The position numbers were made by a program, and so were the translations under genes. Positions 7,064 to 17,152 of a stretch of 64,000 nucleotides of DNA are shown here, one piece after another (the stretch's first letter is position 1; the number at the start of each line of letters is the position of its first letter). The DNA is from Steroidobacteraceae bacterium (GTDB taxonomy: Bacteria > Pseudomonadota > Gammaproteobacteria > Steroidobacterales > Steroidobacteraceae). The notes under the pieces are model-generated. The model ran no database searches. It was not told the DNA's origin and worked only from the letters and a program-made list of their open reading frames with translations. Where the stretch lies: the NCBI GenBank assembly GCA_035569755.1, contig DATMMK010000029.1, positions 1,816 through 65,815 on the forward strand, read 5' to 3'.

Positions 7064-9487
7064 CTATTTCATCCTGTAGTTCAGCTCGAGACCGATGGTG
7101 CGCGGCGGCGCGACCGTCGCGCGCTGGAAGGTCGGGATACCGACGTTGATCTGGTAGGCGTTGCTGATCTGCGCCAGCTTGTCGCCCAGGTTATTCACGA
7201 AAAACACCGCCGACCACCTGTCGCCCTCGACGCCGGCGCGCGCGTTGAGCAGCTGGTAGGACGGGATCGTATAAAGGGCGGCAGTCACTTCCTGACGCGA
7301 GGTCACGTAAGTGTCCTCGATGCGCGAGACGAAGGTCATGCCGTTGGAGAGCGGCACCCGATAGGAGAGCGAGGTGTTCGAGGTCATCTTCGGCACGTCC
7401 TGCACCTCGAGGCCGTTGGCCGCGATGACGCCCGGCAACACCGTGCTCGGATCGAAGAACGCGTGCGTGTAGGCGGCGTTCGCGGCAAACACCAGCCCCG
7501 GCGCAACCAGCGCGTCGAGCTCGAGCTCCGCACCCTTGATGTTGGCATCGCCGGTGTTGGTCGAGAAGTTGAAGCCGCAGGACATCGGCACGAACTGCTG
7601 GGCGGCGGTCCACTTCGAGTAGTAGATCGAGCCGTTCAGCACCAGGCTGCTGTCCGCGGTGCGCCACTTCTCGCCGAGCTCGTAGGTCCAGACGGTGTCC
7701 GGGTTGAAGGTGTTCGGCGCCGGCACGAAGCCAGTCGTGCCGTAGATCGCCTGCAGATTCGCCTCGCACGCGGGACCCAGGCCCACGCTGCCGACGGGCA
7801 CCGGCTGATTGGCACCGCCAGGGCGGAAGCCCTTGGAGGCGGTGCCGAAGAGCAGCAGGTCCTTGCCCGGCTCATACGCGAGGTTGAGCTTCGGATTGAA
7901 ACCCTGGTCCTTCTCGTTGTTGGTCAGGGTCGAGACGGTGTCGCTGCCGGTCGAGCTCAGGTACCCCCAGACACTGGTCGTGACCTCGTTGCTGAAGGAG
8001 TAGCGGCGCAGCCCCGCGGTCACGGTCCAGTGCGGCGCGAAGCGGTAGGAGGCCTCGCCGAAGACCGAGTTCTGGATGATCTTGGTAGGCTGGTACTGCA
8101 CGAAGGCGTTACCGGTGCCGAAGATCGGCGCGGCTCCCGGCTGCAGCACGAACAGGTCCCAGTCGGACTCGAAGTCCTGGTAGAAGTACCCGAGCAGCCA
8201 CTTCAGGTCGGTGTCGCCGGAGGAGGCCAGGCGCACCTCCTCGGTCGTCTGCCACGACTTGTCGTCCTCGAGCGGCGTCGGGGTCGTCGGGCCAGGAGCG
8301 CAGTTGGCCGGGTCGGGGTAGATCGGAAGCGGAATGGGGCAGCCCGCGAGCGGGCCGCCGACGCCCGCAAGCGTCGTGAGCACCCACTGCAGCTCCTCGG
8401 TGCCGTCCTGGCGTATCAGCTCGTCGCGGTTCCAGTACGAGGTCACCGAGGTGAAATCCGCCCAGGGAAAGTGATACTGGATGTTGAGGCTGCCGATGTC
8501 GATGCGGTCCGTGAACGGCTCGGGCAGGTTGAAAGCCTGATAGTTGGTGTAGGTCCCCGGATCAGTGTCGATCTGGCTCAGGCCCCCCTGGTAGACGTTC
8601 TGATAGAAGAACGACCCGCTGATCGACAGGTTGTCGGTGGGCTTCACCAGCAGCGTGGCGCGCGCGCCGGTCAGCTTCTCGGTATTCACGCCGGGGAACT
8701 GCTGCCCGATGGGCGCCGCGGCGACCTTGCCGCGGTTGGGGCAGAAGCCGCTCGCATCGCAGCCGGTCTCGAGCGGGAAGTCGGGCGCGGCGATGACGAT
8801 ACGGTCGATCCAGCCGCTGTCGTACTCGTAGGTGCCCACGATGCGCAGCGCCGCCGCGCCGCCGCCGAACGGCAGGTTGATCATGCCGCTCTCGCCGTTG
8901 TTGAAACCGTTGCCGCTGCCGCCGTCGTAGGCGGACGCGAACAGCTTGCCGGACAGGTCGAAGGCGTTGAGATCCGGCTGGTTGGTGACGACCTTGATGG
9001 TGCCGCCCATCGAGCCCGATCCGTACAGCGTACCCTGCGGACCGCGCAGCACCTCGACGCGATTCAGGTCGTAGAGGTTCGGATCGATGACGACTTTGCC
9101 GTTCTGCGCGGCCGCCGGCGCCGACATCGGCGTGTCGTCGAGATAGAAGCCGACGGTCGCGGAGTTGCCGCCGGAGGAAGTCATGCCGCGCATCTCGAAC
9201 TCGGTCTGCCCGGCGCCGCTCGTTTTCATGGAGATGCCGGGCACCGTCTGGGCGAACGCAGTGAAGTCCGTAAAGCCGCGCTCCTCGAGCTCCCTGCCGG
9301 TGACGGCGGTGATGCTGATCGGCGTGTCCTGCACGGTGGAAGTGCGCTTGGTCGCCGTCACCACCACCTCCTGCAGCGCCGAGACGTTTTCCACGCCCGC
9401 CTGCGGCTGTTGCGCGAGCACATCAGTGAGGAAACTCAGGCCGGCGACCGCGGCCGACACGACCGGGACGCATCCGCTTCGATTCAT
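7064..9487 (-). CDS. TonB-dependent outer-membrane receptor
   Basis: Signal peptide, then a TonB box/plug (EVVVTATKRTSTVQDTPISITAVTGRELEERG, VEVLRGPQGTLYGSGSMGGTIKV). Followed by a long beta-barrel with a C-terminal LELNYRMK. Confidence 0.9.
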   Translation of the reverse strand: MNRSGCVPVVSAAVAGLSFLTDVLAQQPQAGVENVSALQEVVVTATKRTSTVQDTPISITAVTGRELEERGFTDFTAFAQTVPGISMKTSGAGQTEFEMRGMTSSGGNSATVGFYLDDTPMSAPAAAQNGKVVIDPNLYDLNRVEVLRGPQGTLYGSGSMGGTIKVVTNQPDLNAFDLSGKLFASAYDGGSGNGFNNGESGMINLPFGGGAAALRIVGTYEYDSGWIDRIVIAAPDFPLETGCDASGFCPNRGKVAAAPIGQQFPGVNTEKLTGARATLLVKPTDNLSISGSFFYQNVYQGGLSQIDTDPGTYTNYQAFNLPEPFTDRIDIGSLNIQYHFPWADFTSVTSYWNRDELIRQDGTEELQWVLTTLAGVGGPLAGCPIPLPIYPDPANCAPGPTTPTPLEDDKSWQTTEEVRLASSGDTDLKWLLGYFYQDFESDWDLFVLQPGAAPIFGTGNAFVQYQPTKIIQNSVFGEASYRFAPHWTVTAGLRRYSFSNEVTTSVWGYLSSTGSDTVSTLTNNEKDQGFNPKLNLAYEPGKDLLLFGTASKGFRPGGANQPVPVGSVGLGPACEANLQAIYGTTGFVPAPNTFNPDTVWTYELGEKWRTADSSLVLNGSIYYSKWTAAQQFVPMSCGFNFSTNTGDANIKGAELELDALVAPGLVFAANAAYTHAFFDPSTVLPGVIAANGLEVQDVPKMTSNTSLSYRVPLSNGMTFVSRIEDTYVTSRQEVTAALYTIPSYQLLNARAGVEGDRWSAVFFVNNLGDKLAQISNAYQINVGIPTFQRATVAPPRTIGLELNYRMK

Positions 9488-9631
9488 GTTATTGCTCCCC
9501 AGGACGGGCTGCGTTTTGTTCGGGCAATGCTACCCGATGCCCCCTAGGGGTGACACCCTATGTGGTGCGCAACATACACATGACGGAAACGTTCAAACAG
9601 GCGCTCGGCGGCGCCGGGCGGAGGCAGCGCC

Positions 9632-10999
9632 CTAGAGGATGTAGCGACTCAGGTCCTCGTCCTTGACGAGCTTGCCGAGGTGATCGTCGACGTACTTCGC
9701 GTCGATGGTGACCGCGCTCGCGCCCGGCGCACCGCCCGTGCCCTGCCCCTCCTGCGCTGCGGCCTCGTAGGAGACGGTCTCGAGGAGGCGCTCCATCACC
9801 GTGTGCAGGCGCCGCGCGCCAATGTTCTCGGTGCGCTCGTTGACCTCGAAGGCGATCTCGGCGATGCGGCGTACGCCGTCCGCGGCAAACTCGACCGTGA
9901 CGCCCTCGGTCGCCATCAGCGCCCTGTACTGCGTGGTGAGCGAGGCGTCGGGCTCGGTGAGGATGCGCACGAAGTCGCCCACTTTGAGCGATTCGAGCTC
10001 GACACGGATCGGCAGACGACCCTGGAGCTCCGGGATCAGGTCCGAGGGCTTCGAGAGGCTGAAGGCACCCGAGGCGATGAACAGCACGTGGTCGGTCTTC
10101 ACCGGGCCGTACTTGGTCGCCACCGTCGAGCCCTCGACCAGCGGCAACAGGTCCCGCTGCACGCCCTCGCGCGACACGTCGGCCCCGAGCGTCTCCTGGC
10201 GGCGCGTCACCTTGTCGATCTCGTCGATGAACACGATGCCGTTCTGCTCGGCGTTGGCGAGCGCGCGGATCTTGAGCTCGTCCTCGTTGATGAGCTTGCC
10301 GGCCTCTTCGTCGGTGAGGAGCTTGAGCGCCTCGCGCACCTTGACCTTGCGGGTGCGGGTGCGGTTGCCGGCGAGGTTCTGGAACATCGACTGCAGCTGC
10401 TGCTGCATCTCCTCCATCCCGGGCGGCGCCATGATCTCAACGCCCATCGGCACGGCGCGCATCTCGATCTCCACCTCGCGGTCGTCGAGCTCGTGCTCGC
10501 GCAGCATCTTGCGGAATTTCTGCCGCGTCTCGGAATCGCGCGCGTGGGCCGGCTCGTCGGTGGAGAAGCCCATCATGCGCGGCTTCGGCAGCAGCGTGTC
10601 GAGCACGCGCTCCTCGGCCGCATCGAGCGCACGCTCGCGCACCTTGGCCATCTCCTGCTCGCGGGTGATCTTAACCGCGACGTCGGCCAGCTCCTTGACG
10701 ATCGAGTCGACGTCGCGGCCGACGTAACCCACCTCGGTGAACTTGGTCGCCTCGACCTTGACGAACGGCGCGTTGGCGAGCTTGGCCAGTCGCCGCGCGA
10801 TCTCGGTCTTGCCGACCCCGGTCGGGCCGATCATGAGGATGTTCTTGGGCGTGATCTCCTGGCGCAGCGGCTCCTCGACCTGCATGCGGCGCCAGCGATT
10901 ACGCAGCGCGATCGCCACGGCGCGCTTGGCCGCGTCCTGGCCAATGATGTGCTTGTCGAGCTCCTGGACGATCTGCCGGGGCGTGAGTGCGGAGGACAT
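9632..10999 (-). CDS. hslU: ATP-dependent protease ATPase subunit HslU
   Basis: [38 protein letters not shown], Walker [25 protein letters not shown]. Confidence 0.97.
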   Translation of the reverse strand: MSSALTPRQIVQELDKHIIGQDAAKRAVAIALRNRWRRMQVEEPLRQEITPKNILMIGPTGVGKTEIARRLAKLANAPFVKVEATKFTEVGYVGRDVDSIVKELADVAVKITREQEMAKVRERALDAAEERVLDTLLPKPRMMGFSTDEPAHARDSETRQKFRKMLREHELDDREVEIEMRAVPMGVEIMAPPGMEEMQQQLQSMFQNLAGNRTRTRKVKVREALKLLTDEEAGKLINEDELKIRALANAEQNGIVFIDEIDKVTRRQETLGADVSREGVQRDLLPLVEGSTVATKYGPVKTDHVLFIASGAFSLSKPSDLIPELQGRLPIRVELESLKVGDFVRILTEPDASLTTQYRALMATEGVTVEFAADGVRRIAEIAFEVNERTENIGARRLHTVMERLLETVSYEAAAQEGQGTGGAPGASAVTIDAKYVDDHLGKLVKDEDLSRYIL

Positions 11000-11003
11000 G
11001 TGC

Positions 11004-11576
11004 TTACCTGGACTCCCTGCCCTTGGCTGCGTTCAGCTCCTCGATGCTGAGGCTGCGGTTGGTGTAGATGCAGATGTCGGCGGCGATGTCGAGCGAGCGC
11101 TCGACGATCTCGCGCGCGCTCAGGGTCGATCCCTCGAGCAGCGCCCGTGCGGCGGCGAGCGCGTACTGGCCGCCGGAGCCGATCGCCGCGACGTCGTGAT
11201 CGGGCTCGATCACATCGCCGTTGCCCGAGATGATGAAGAGCTTCTCCGGATCGCCCACCAGCAGCAGCGCCTCGAGGCGCCGCAGGTAGCGGTCGGAGCG
11301 CCAGTCCTTGGCGAGCTCGATGGCGGCACGCGTCAGGTTGCCGTACTTCTCGAGCTTGCCCTCGAAGCGCTCGAACAGCGTGAAGGCGTCCGCGGTGCCG
11401 CCGGCGAAGCCGGCGAGCACCTTGTCGCCGAACAGCCGCCGCACCTTGCGGGCGTTGCCCTTCATGACGGTGCTGCCGAGGGTTACCTGGCCGTCGCCCC
11501 CCAGGGCGACGGCGCCGTTGCGGCGGACGCCGAGGATGGTGGTGCCGTGAGGATTGAAGACTGCCGGGTCGTTCAT
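11004..11576 (-). CDS. hslV: ATP-dependent protease subunit HslV
   Basis: The internal ATG at 11576 gives [21 protein letters not shown]... with the catalytic Thr in the GTTI context. The upstream part of ORF 11004..11756 overlaps xerC and is not coding. Confidence 0.94.
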   Translation of the reverse strand: MNDPAVFNPHGTTILGVRRNGAVALGGDGQVTLGSTVMKGNARKVRRLFGDKVLAGFAGGTADAFTLFERFEGKLEKYGNLTRAAIELAKDWRSDRYLRRLEALLLVGDPEKLFIISGNGDVIEPDHDVAAIGSGGQYALAAARALLEGSTLSAREIVERSLDIAADICIYTNRSLSIEELNAAKGRESR

Positions 11577-11631
11577 AGCTGACTCAAAAGGGGTGACGAT
11601 TCCGCGGGAGCGGCGGATTCGAGGCTCGACT

Positions 11632-12576
11632 TTAAGCCTTTCGGCGCGCCCGCGGGTGTGCAGCGTCGTAGATGCGGGCCAGGTGCTGGAAATCAAGGTG
11701 GGTATAGATCTGGGTGGTGGAGATGTCGGCGTGCCCGAGCAGCTCCTGCACGCCACGCAGCTCCCCGCCCGACTCGAGCAGATGCGAGGCGAAGGAATGC
11801 CGGAACATATGCGGATGGACGTGCACCCCTAAGCCCTGGCGCCTCGCCCAATAGTCGACGCGCGTCTGGATCGCACGGGGCCCCAGGCGCTTGCCCGAGC
11901 GCCCGACGAAGAGCGCCGGCTGGTCCGCGGCCGCGAGCGCCGCCCGCTCCCCGAGCCAGGCGCGCAACGCCCCGAGCGCCAGCCTTCCCACCGGCACGAT
12001 GCGCGACTTGCGGCCCTTGCCGAGCACCCGCACGGTGCGGTCCCGGAGATCGAGGTCGGCGAGGTCGAGTCCGACCAGCTCCGCGAGCCGCAGGCCCGAG
12101 GAGTAGAGCAGCTCCATCAGCGCGCGGTCGCGTGCCGTAAGAGCTCCGCCCGCGGGAATCTCCAGCAGCCGCCCCATCTGGTCGGCATCCAGGGTATGCG
12201 GCAGGCGCCGTGCGGTCTTGGGGGCGCGCACCTCGAGCGCCGGATTGGCGCGCACGCGCCCGGCGCGCCGGGGCCGCCTGCCGCGCGCGCTCGCGGCCGG
12301 CGCCTCGCGCAGCAGGAATTCGTAGAAGCTGCGCACCGCCGACAGCCGCCGCTGGACGCTGCGCGGGCTGAGGCCCCCGGCGTGCGAGTGGGCGGCAAAA
12401 GTGCGCACGTGCTGGCTGTCGAGGGCGCCCCAGTCGGCGACTCGCATCCGGTCGCAGAACTTCACCAGCGCCCTCAAGTCGCGCGCGTAGGCCGTATCGG
12501 TATGCGCCGACAGCCGCCGCTCGAAGCCGAGGTAGCGGCGGAAGCGCGCGAGGCACGCCAGTGCCGCCGGATTCAT
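11632..12576 (-). CDS. xerC: site-specific tyrosine recombinase XerC
   Basis: N-terminal SAM-like domain ([21 protein letters not shown]). Catalytic motifs [49 protein letters not shown]. Canonical dapF-DUF484-xerC synteny. Confidence 0.9.
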   Translation of the reverse strand: MNPAALACLARFRRYLGFERRLSAHTDTAYARDLRALVKFCDRMRVADWGALDSQHVRTFAAHSHAGGLSPRSVQRRLSAVRSFYEFLLREAPAASARGRRPRRAGRVRANPALEVRAPKTARRLPHTLDADQMGRLLEIPAGGALTARDRALMELLYSSGLRLAELVGLDLADLDLRDRTVRVLGKGRKSRIVPVGRLALGALRAWLGERAALAAADQPALFVGRSGKRLGPRAIQTRVDYWARRQGLGVHVHPHMFRHSFASHLLESGGELRGVQELLGHADISTTQIYTHLDFQHLARIYDAAHPRARRKA

Positions 12577-12608
12577 CGGGTATCGGCGCGCCGCGGGCTC
12601 GCCACCCG

Positions 12609-13316
12609 TCAGGCCGCCTCGGTCGCGGTCAGCGCATCCGCGATCAGGTCCGCCATGCGGGCGAGAAACTCGGTGCTCATGCCCGGGTGGAAGCGCTCGC
12701 GATCGACGCTGCCAAGCGCCAGCAGGCCGATCGAGCCCTTCGGACCGAGCGGCACCAGCGCCACCGAGCCCATCTCCGGGCCCTCGGGGCCGAACAGGAA
12801 CTCGCGCTGCGAGTCGCGCGCCTGGCCGCAGCGCGGCTTGCCGCTCGCGAACAGGCTCTCGAAGGATTTGAGGTTCGGATCGACGGCGGACACGACGCGC
12901 ACGAACTTCTGCTCCGGCAGGCCCGCGGGGGGATCGATCAGCACCAGCGCCGCGTGGAACGCGTCGAAGTCCTCGCGCAGCCCCGCCTCGATGCGCGCGA
13001 TCGCCTCGGCACGCGGCACCGCGCGCAGCAGCCGCCGCGTGAAGCGGTGCAGGCGCTCGGCGATGGCGTCGTTGGCGCGGGCGGTGTGCAGCAGCTCGGC
13101 GAGCTTGCCCTCCACGGCCGCGAGCTTTTCGCGCAGCACCTCGATCTGGCGCTCGACCAGCGAGACGGCGGCGCCGCCGCGCGCGTGCGGGAGCTTCAGG
13201 CGCGCCAGCACCGGCTGATGGCGCTCGAAGAAATCGGGATTGCGCTGCAGGTAGGCGGCGATCGTCTCCTCCTCCGACTCGATTGCGCTGAGACCCCGGG
13301 CTTCTCTCGTTGTCAT
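12609..13316 (-). CDS. DUF484 (YigA-like) protein
   Basis: AAYLQRNPDFFERHQPVLARLKLPH...SLVERQIEVLREK is the typical DUF484 N-terminus. Located between dapF and xerC. Confidence 0.85.
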   Translation of the reverse strand: MTTREARGLSAIESEEETIAAYLQRNPDFFERHQPVLARLKLPHARGGAAVSLVERQIEVLREKLAAVEGKLAELLHTARANDAIAERLHRFTRRLLRAVPRAEAIARIEAGLREDFDAFHAALVLIDPPAGLPEQKFVRVVSAVDPNLKSFESLFASGKPRCGQARDSQREFLFGPEGPEMGSVALVPLGPKGSIGLLALGSVDRERFHPGMSTEFLARMADLIADALTATEAA

Positions 13317-13335
13317 GATTTCGGACCTCGCCTTT

Positions 13336-14163
13336 CTAGAGCTCGACGTGACCTTCGAAGGAGACCTCGGCCGGGCCGCTCAGCCAGATGTGCTCCCCGT
13401 GGCCCGCCCAGTTTACGCGCAACTCGCCGCCGCGCACCCGCACGCGCACTTCGGGGTCGATGAGCCCGCGCCGCCGCGCCACCGCGGCCGCGGCACACGC
13501 GCCCGTGCCGCAGGCGAGCGTTTCGCCGGCGCCGCGCTCGTAGACGCGCAGCTTGAGGTGCGTGCGGTCGACGATCTCGAGGAACCCGGCGTTCACACGC
13601 CGCGGGAAGCGCGCATGCCGCTCGATTGCCGGTCCCAGCGCGCCGACCGGCGCCGCCTCGACCGAGGCAACCACCAGCACGGCGTGCGGGTTGCCGAGCG
13701 ACACCGCGCCGATCTCGAGCGTGCGTCCGTCGACCTCGAGCGGATAGGGATCGGCCTCGGCGGGCGCGTCGAACGGCAGCGAGCGCGGATCGAAGTTGGG
13801 GACCCCCATGTCGACCGAGACGCTCGCCGCGCCGCGGACCTCGGCCTCGACCACCCCCGCCGGGCTGTCGAGCGTCACCCGGCCCCCGCGGGTACGCCCG
13901 CGGCGGTGCAGGAGCGCGGCGATACAGCGCGCGCCATTGCCGCACTGCTCGACCTCGTCACCGTCGGCGTTGAAGACGCGATAGAAGACGGCGGTGCCGG
14001 CGCGCCGCGGCGGCTCGAGGACCAGCGCCTGATCGAAGCCGACGCCAGTGCGGCGCTCGGCGAGCGCCCGGAGGCTCGCGGGCTCGAGGACCGAATCGGG
14101 GGGCGCATCGAACACGACGAAGTCATTGCCGACCCCGTGCATCTTCGTAAAGGCGATGCGCAT
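13336..14163 (-). CDS. dapF: diaminopimelate epimerase
   Basis: The internal ATG at 14163 gives MRIAFTKMHGVGNDFVVFD. Catalytic Cys contexts EQCGNGARC and ETLACGTGACAAA are present. Confidence 0.93.
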   Translation of the reverse strand: MRIAFTKMHGVGNDFVVFDAPPDSVLEPASLRALAERRTGVGFDQALVLEPPRRAGTAVFYRVFNADGDEVEQCGNGARCIAALLHRRGRTRGGRVTLDSPAGVVEAEVRGAASVSVDMGVPNFDPRSLPFDAPAEADPYPLEVDGRTLEIGAVSLGNPHAVLVVASVEAAPVGALGPAIERHARFPRRVNAGFLEIVDRTHLKLRVYERGAGETLACGTGACAAAAVARRRGLIDPEVRVRVRGGELRVNWAGHGEHIWLSGPAEVSFEGHVEL

Positions 14164-14218
14164 GCGGTGCTGAGAATGCCATGTCCGGAAAATCGCCGCA
14201 GGCGATTTTTCCCATGAA

Positions 14219-14647
14219 TCAGCGCAGCGCCGCACGATCCCGGAACAGGCAGCGGTCCATCACGGTGAAGATCCCGGCGCCGCGCGCACGCTGCGCCGCC
14301 GCCGCGTCGATCACACCGTCCTGCAGCCACAGCGCCGGAAGGCGGAAACGGATGCAGTCGGCGACGATGCCGGCGACGTGCACGGGGCGGCGGAAGACCT
14401 CGACGATGTCGACGCGCTCGCCGTGCTCCAGCACCTCCGGGAGCTGCTCGAGCGAGGCGACCGCTGGCTCACCGAGGACGACCTCCGCGGCCGGTGTCAC
14501 CGGGATGATGCGATAGCCGAAACGCTTGAGGGCGCGCGCCACGCCGTGGCTCGGCCGGGTCGGGTCGCGTGACAGGCCGACGACGGCGATGGTATGGGCG
14601 CTGCGCAGGAGCTTCGCGATCTCGTCCGTGGAGGGGTTCTCGAACAC
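14219..14647 (-). CDS. CoA-binding domain protein (YccU-like)
   Basis: GTG at 14647 preceded by AAGGAGA. IAVVGLSRDPTRPSHGVARALKRFGYRIIPV is typical of the CoA_binding_2 family. Confidence 0.78.
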   Translation of the reverse strand: MFENPSTDEIAKLLRSAHTIAVVGLSRDPTRPSHGVARALKRFGYRIIPVTPAAEVVLGEPAVASLEQLPEVLEHGERVDIVEVFRRPVHVAGIVADCIRFRLPALWLQDGVIDAAAAQRARGAGIFTVMDRCLFRDRAALR

Positions 14648-14732
14648 CGCGTCTCCTTGGCCAGGGTGATCTCTAGCGTCTAGTCTATTCGTCCTTGGGT
14701 CAGGTGATTGTTGCAGTGAAAGGCGCGGGCAA

Positions 14733-15785
14733 TTGTCCGACGAGCATAGCGTACGCATCGAGCCCCACGGCCGCACGCTGCGGGTAGCCGCCGGAGAGCC
14801 GGTGCTGCAGGCGGCACTCGCTGCCGGGCTCAATCTCCCGCACAGCTGCAAGTCCGGCCATTGCAGCTCCTGCCGCGCGCGCCTCGTCAGCGGGGAGATC
14901 CACTATCCGCACGGCCGCCCGCTCGGCCTCACCGCGCAGGAGGCCGCGAGTGGCCAGGTGCTGCTCTGCCAGGCGCGACCGCGCTCGGATCTCGTGGTCG
15001 AAGCGCGCCTCATCGCGAGCGTGGCGGACGTCGAGATCAAGACGCTGCCGTGCCGGATCGCGCGCCTCACGCCGCTCGCCGCCGACGTGCTCGAGGTGCT
15101 GCTGCAGCTGCCGGCAGTCGAGCGGCTGCGCTTTCACCCGGGTCAGTACCTCGACGTGCTGCTCGAGGGGGGCCGGCGGCGCAGCTTCTCGCTCGCCTGC
15201 CCGCCCCACGATGCCGGGCTTCTCGAGCTGCACGTACGGCGCGTCGCCGGCGGCGGCTTCACGCAGCGCCTGTTCGGCTCCCCCGCCGACGGCGCGCCCG
15301 CGCTCGGCCCCGGCGCGCTGCTGCGCATCGAGGGGCCGATGGGACAATTCAGCTACCAGGGGGGAACCTCGCCCATCATCATGGTGGGCGGCGGCACCGG
15401 CTTCGCGCCGCTCAAGTCGATGCTGCGGCACGTGCTCGAGACCGGCATCCGGCGCGACATCCACTTCTACTGGGGCGCGCGCCACGTCGCCGATCTCTAC
15501 GAGGAGCAGCGCGTGCTCGGCTGGACGGTGAGCCACAGCCAACTCAAGTTCACCGCGGTGCTCTCGGAGGCGACCCGTGCCGAGGCCACGCACCACCGCA
15601 CCGGCTGGGTGCACGACGCGGTGCTTGCCGACTACCCGGACCTGAGTGCCTTCGAGGTCTACGCCGCCGGACCCCCGGCGATGATCGAGGCGATGCGCTC
15701 GAGCTTCCCGCGGCACGGCCTCAGCCCGCAGCGCCTCTACTTCGATTCCTTCGATTACGCGCCGGATGCGCGGCCGCGCCGCTAG
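14733..15785 (+). CDS. 2Fe-2S ferredoxin / FAD / NAD(P)H oxidoreductase (AscD or CDP-6-deoxy-delta-3,4-glucoseen reductase-like)
   Basis: Plant-type ferredoxin cysteines C-x4-C-x2-C (HSCKSGHCSSCRARL ... LLCQA), FAD motif RSFSLA, NAD motif MVGGGTGFAPLKS. TTG start taken from the ORF track. Confidence 0.82.
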   Translation: MSDEHSVRIEPHGRTLRVAAGEPVLQAALAAGLNLPHSCKSGHCSSCRARLVSGEIHYPHGRPLGLTAQEAASGQVLLCQARPRSDLVVEARLIASVADVEIKTLPCRIARLTPLAADVLEVLLQLPAVERLRFHPGQYLDVLLEGGRRRSFSLACPPHDAGLLELHVRRVAGGGFTQRLFGSPADGAPALGPGALLRIEGPMGQFSYQGGTSPIIMVGGGTGFAPLKSMLRHVLETGIRRDIHFYWGARHVADLYEEQRVLGWTVSHSQLKFTAVLSEATRAEATHHRTGWVHDAVLADYPDLSAFEVYAAGPPAMIEAMRSSFPRHGLSPQRLYFDSFDYAPDARPRR

Positions 15786-15827
15786 CTGCGGCGGGTGGAA
15801 GTCGCCCCTGCTATCCTGCCCGCTCCC

Positions 15828-16946
15828 ATGAGCGCCAGCGCGCCAGCGAGTCATGCCGCGATCACCGGCTGGGGAAAATGCCTGCCCCCCGCGGTGCTCA
15901 GCAATCAGGATCTGTCAACCATTCTCGACACCAGCGACGAGTGGATCTTCACCCGCACGGGCATCCGCGAGCGGCGCATCTCGCACGTGGGCCTGGGCGA
16001 GCTCGCCTGGGTCGCCGCCGCGCGCGCGCTCGCCTGCGCCGGCATCGACGGCAGCCGCATCGAGCTCATCGTCTTCGGCAGCTGCAGCTACGACGACCAG
16101 GTCCCCAACATGGCCTCCGGCATCCAGATGCGCATCGGCGCACGGGGCGCGGCGGCCTACGACATCAACACCGCCTGCACAAGCTTTCTCTACGGCCTGT
16201 CGACCGCGACGGCGCTCATCCGTACCGGCGTGGTACGCAACGCGCTGGTGATCGGCGCCGAGCTCATCTCGCCCTTCATGGACTGGAGCGACCGGGACGT
16301 TGCGGTGCTGTTCGGCGACGGCGCCGCGGCGGTGGTGCTCGAGGGGAGCGCCAGCGCGCAGGGTCTGCTCGCTGAGAAGCTCGGCTGCTATGGCGAGGCG
16401 CGCGAGATCCTGCGCGTCCACGGCATGGGCGGCCGCTACGCCAACCGCGGAACGCTCTACGGTGTCACGCGCTGGCAGTTCGAGGGTCAGGAGATCTTCA
16501 AGCGCGCGGTGCAGGGCATGTCGGGGGCATGCGAGGAGGCCCTGGCCCGCATCGGGGCGCGGCCTGAGGACGTCGAGCTCGTGGTGCCGCACCAGGCGAA
16601 CCTGCGCATCATCGAGGCAGTCGCCAAGCGCGCGCACCTGCCTATGGAGCGGGTCTACGTGACCGTGCACCGTTACGGGAACATGTCGGCGGCCACGGTG
16701 CCCGTGGCGCTGTGCGAGGCGCTCGAGGCGGGACGCGTGCGCCCGGGGGCGCTGCTGCTGATGCCGGGCTTCGGCGGGGGCCTGTCGTTCTGCGCCCACG
16801 CGGTGCGCTGGGGAACGCGCACGACACCGCTCGGATCGTCCGCGGCCGAGCTGCCGCCGAACGAGCGTAGCGCGCTCGAGCTCATCCAGGACTGTCTCGC
16901 ACGCAAGATCCGCCCGGCGCCGTCGACCGCAGAGCCGTTCGCCTGA
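15828..16946 (+). CDS. beta-ketoacyl-ACP synthase III (FabH)-like condensing enzyme with a C-terminal extension
   Basis: DEWIFTRTGIRERR. Catalytic triad contexts: Cys NTACTSFLYGL, His VPHQANLRII, Asn YGNMSAATVP. The start is uncertain (GTG 15795 or ATG 15828). Confidence 0.83.
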   Translation: MSASAPASHAAITGWGKCLPPAVLSNQDLSTILDTSDEWIFTRTGIRERRISHVGLGELAWVAAARALACAGIDGSRIELIVFGSCSYDDQVPNMASGIQMRIGARGAAAYDINTACTSFLYGLSTATALIRTGVVRNALVIGAELISPFMDWSDRDVAVLFGDGAAAVVLEGSASAQGLLAEKLGCYGEAREILRVHGMGGRYANRGTLYGVTRWQFEGQEIFKRAVQGMSGACEEALARIGARPEDVELVVPHQANLRIIEAVAKRAHLPMERVYVTVHRYGNMSAATVPVALCEALEAGRVRPGALLLMPGFGGGLSFCAHAVRWGTRTTPLGSSAAELPPNERSALELIQDCLARKIRPAPSTAEPFA

Positions 16947-16962
16947 AGGGCGGCGGCCGGGA

Positions 16963-17073
16963 TCAGCGCTTGCGGGCTTTCTTCTTTTTCTTCGCCGGGT
17001 CTTTGGGGCGCGACTTGCCGAAGGACCCCTGATAGATCTTGCCGCGGCGCGTGCGCGGATCACCCTTACCCAT
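16963..17073 (-). CDS. 30S ribosomal protein bTHX (36 aa)
   Basis: MGKGDPRTRRGKIYQGSFGKSRPKDPAKKKKKARKR closely resembles Thermus THX ([23 protein letters not shown]...), recalled from memory. GAGGGGAG lies upstream of the ATG. The longer track ORF 16963..17331 is an artefact. Confidence 0.72.
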   Translation of the reverse strand: MGKGDPRTRRGKIYQGSFGKSRPKDPAKKKKKARKR

Positions 17074-17095
17074 GAAAACCACTCCCCTCAGTACG

Positions 17096-17138
17096 AAAAA
17101 GGCCGGCCGCCGATGCCGCGAGGCACTGACGGCCGGCC
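17096..17138 (-). terminator. intrinsic terminator after the RRM protein gene
   Basis: On the minus strand: GGCCGGCCG, a 20-nt loop, CGGCCGGCC, then TTTTT. It starts 14 nt after the TAA at 17153-17155. Confidence 0.6.
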
Positions 17139-17152
17139 TTAGGCTGTGCAGC

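Noticed and set aside
9488-9631. Possible riboswitch or Fur box in the 144-nt region upstream of the TonB-dependent receptor (includes the palindrome CCCCTAGGGG at 9541-9550)
   Set aside because: I could find no B12-box (GCCACTG-like) or Fur-box (GATAATGATAATCATTATC-like) match by eye. Part of the region is probably the hslU terminator. The signal is insufficient without a covariance-model scan.
11632-12576. Tyrosine recombinase as a marker of an integrated mobile element
   Set aside because: The conserved dapF-DUF484-xerC-hslVU synteny and the XerC-type N-terminus indicate the housekeeping chromosome-dimer resolvase. No att-like repeats, tRNA or phage genes are nearby.
14679-14687. The 9-mer TCTAGTCTA is shared between the CoA-binding/reductase divergent promoter and the repeat island upstream of the HTH-HipA gene (47110-47118)
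   Set aside because: A single shared 9-mer in 64 kb (both strands) is within chance expectation. There is no second copy or dyad at 14679. It is only worth revisiting if a genome-wide motif search finds enrichment.
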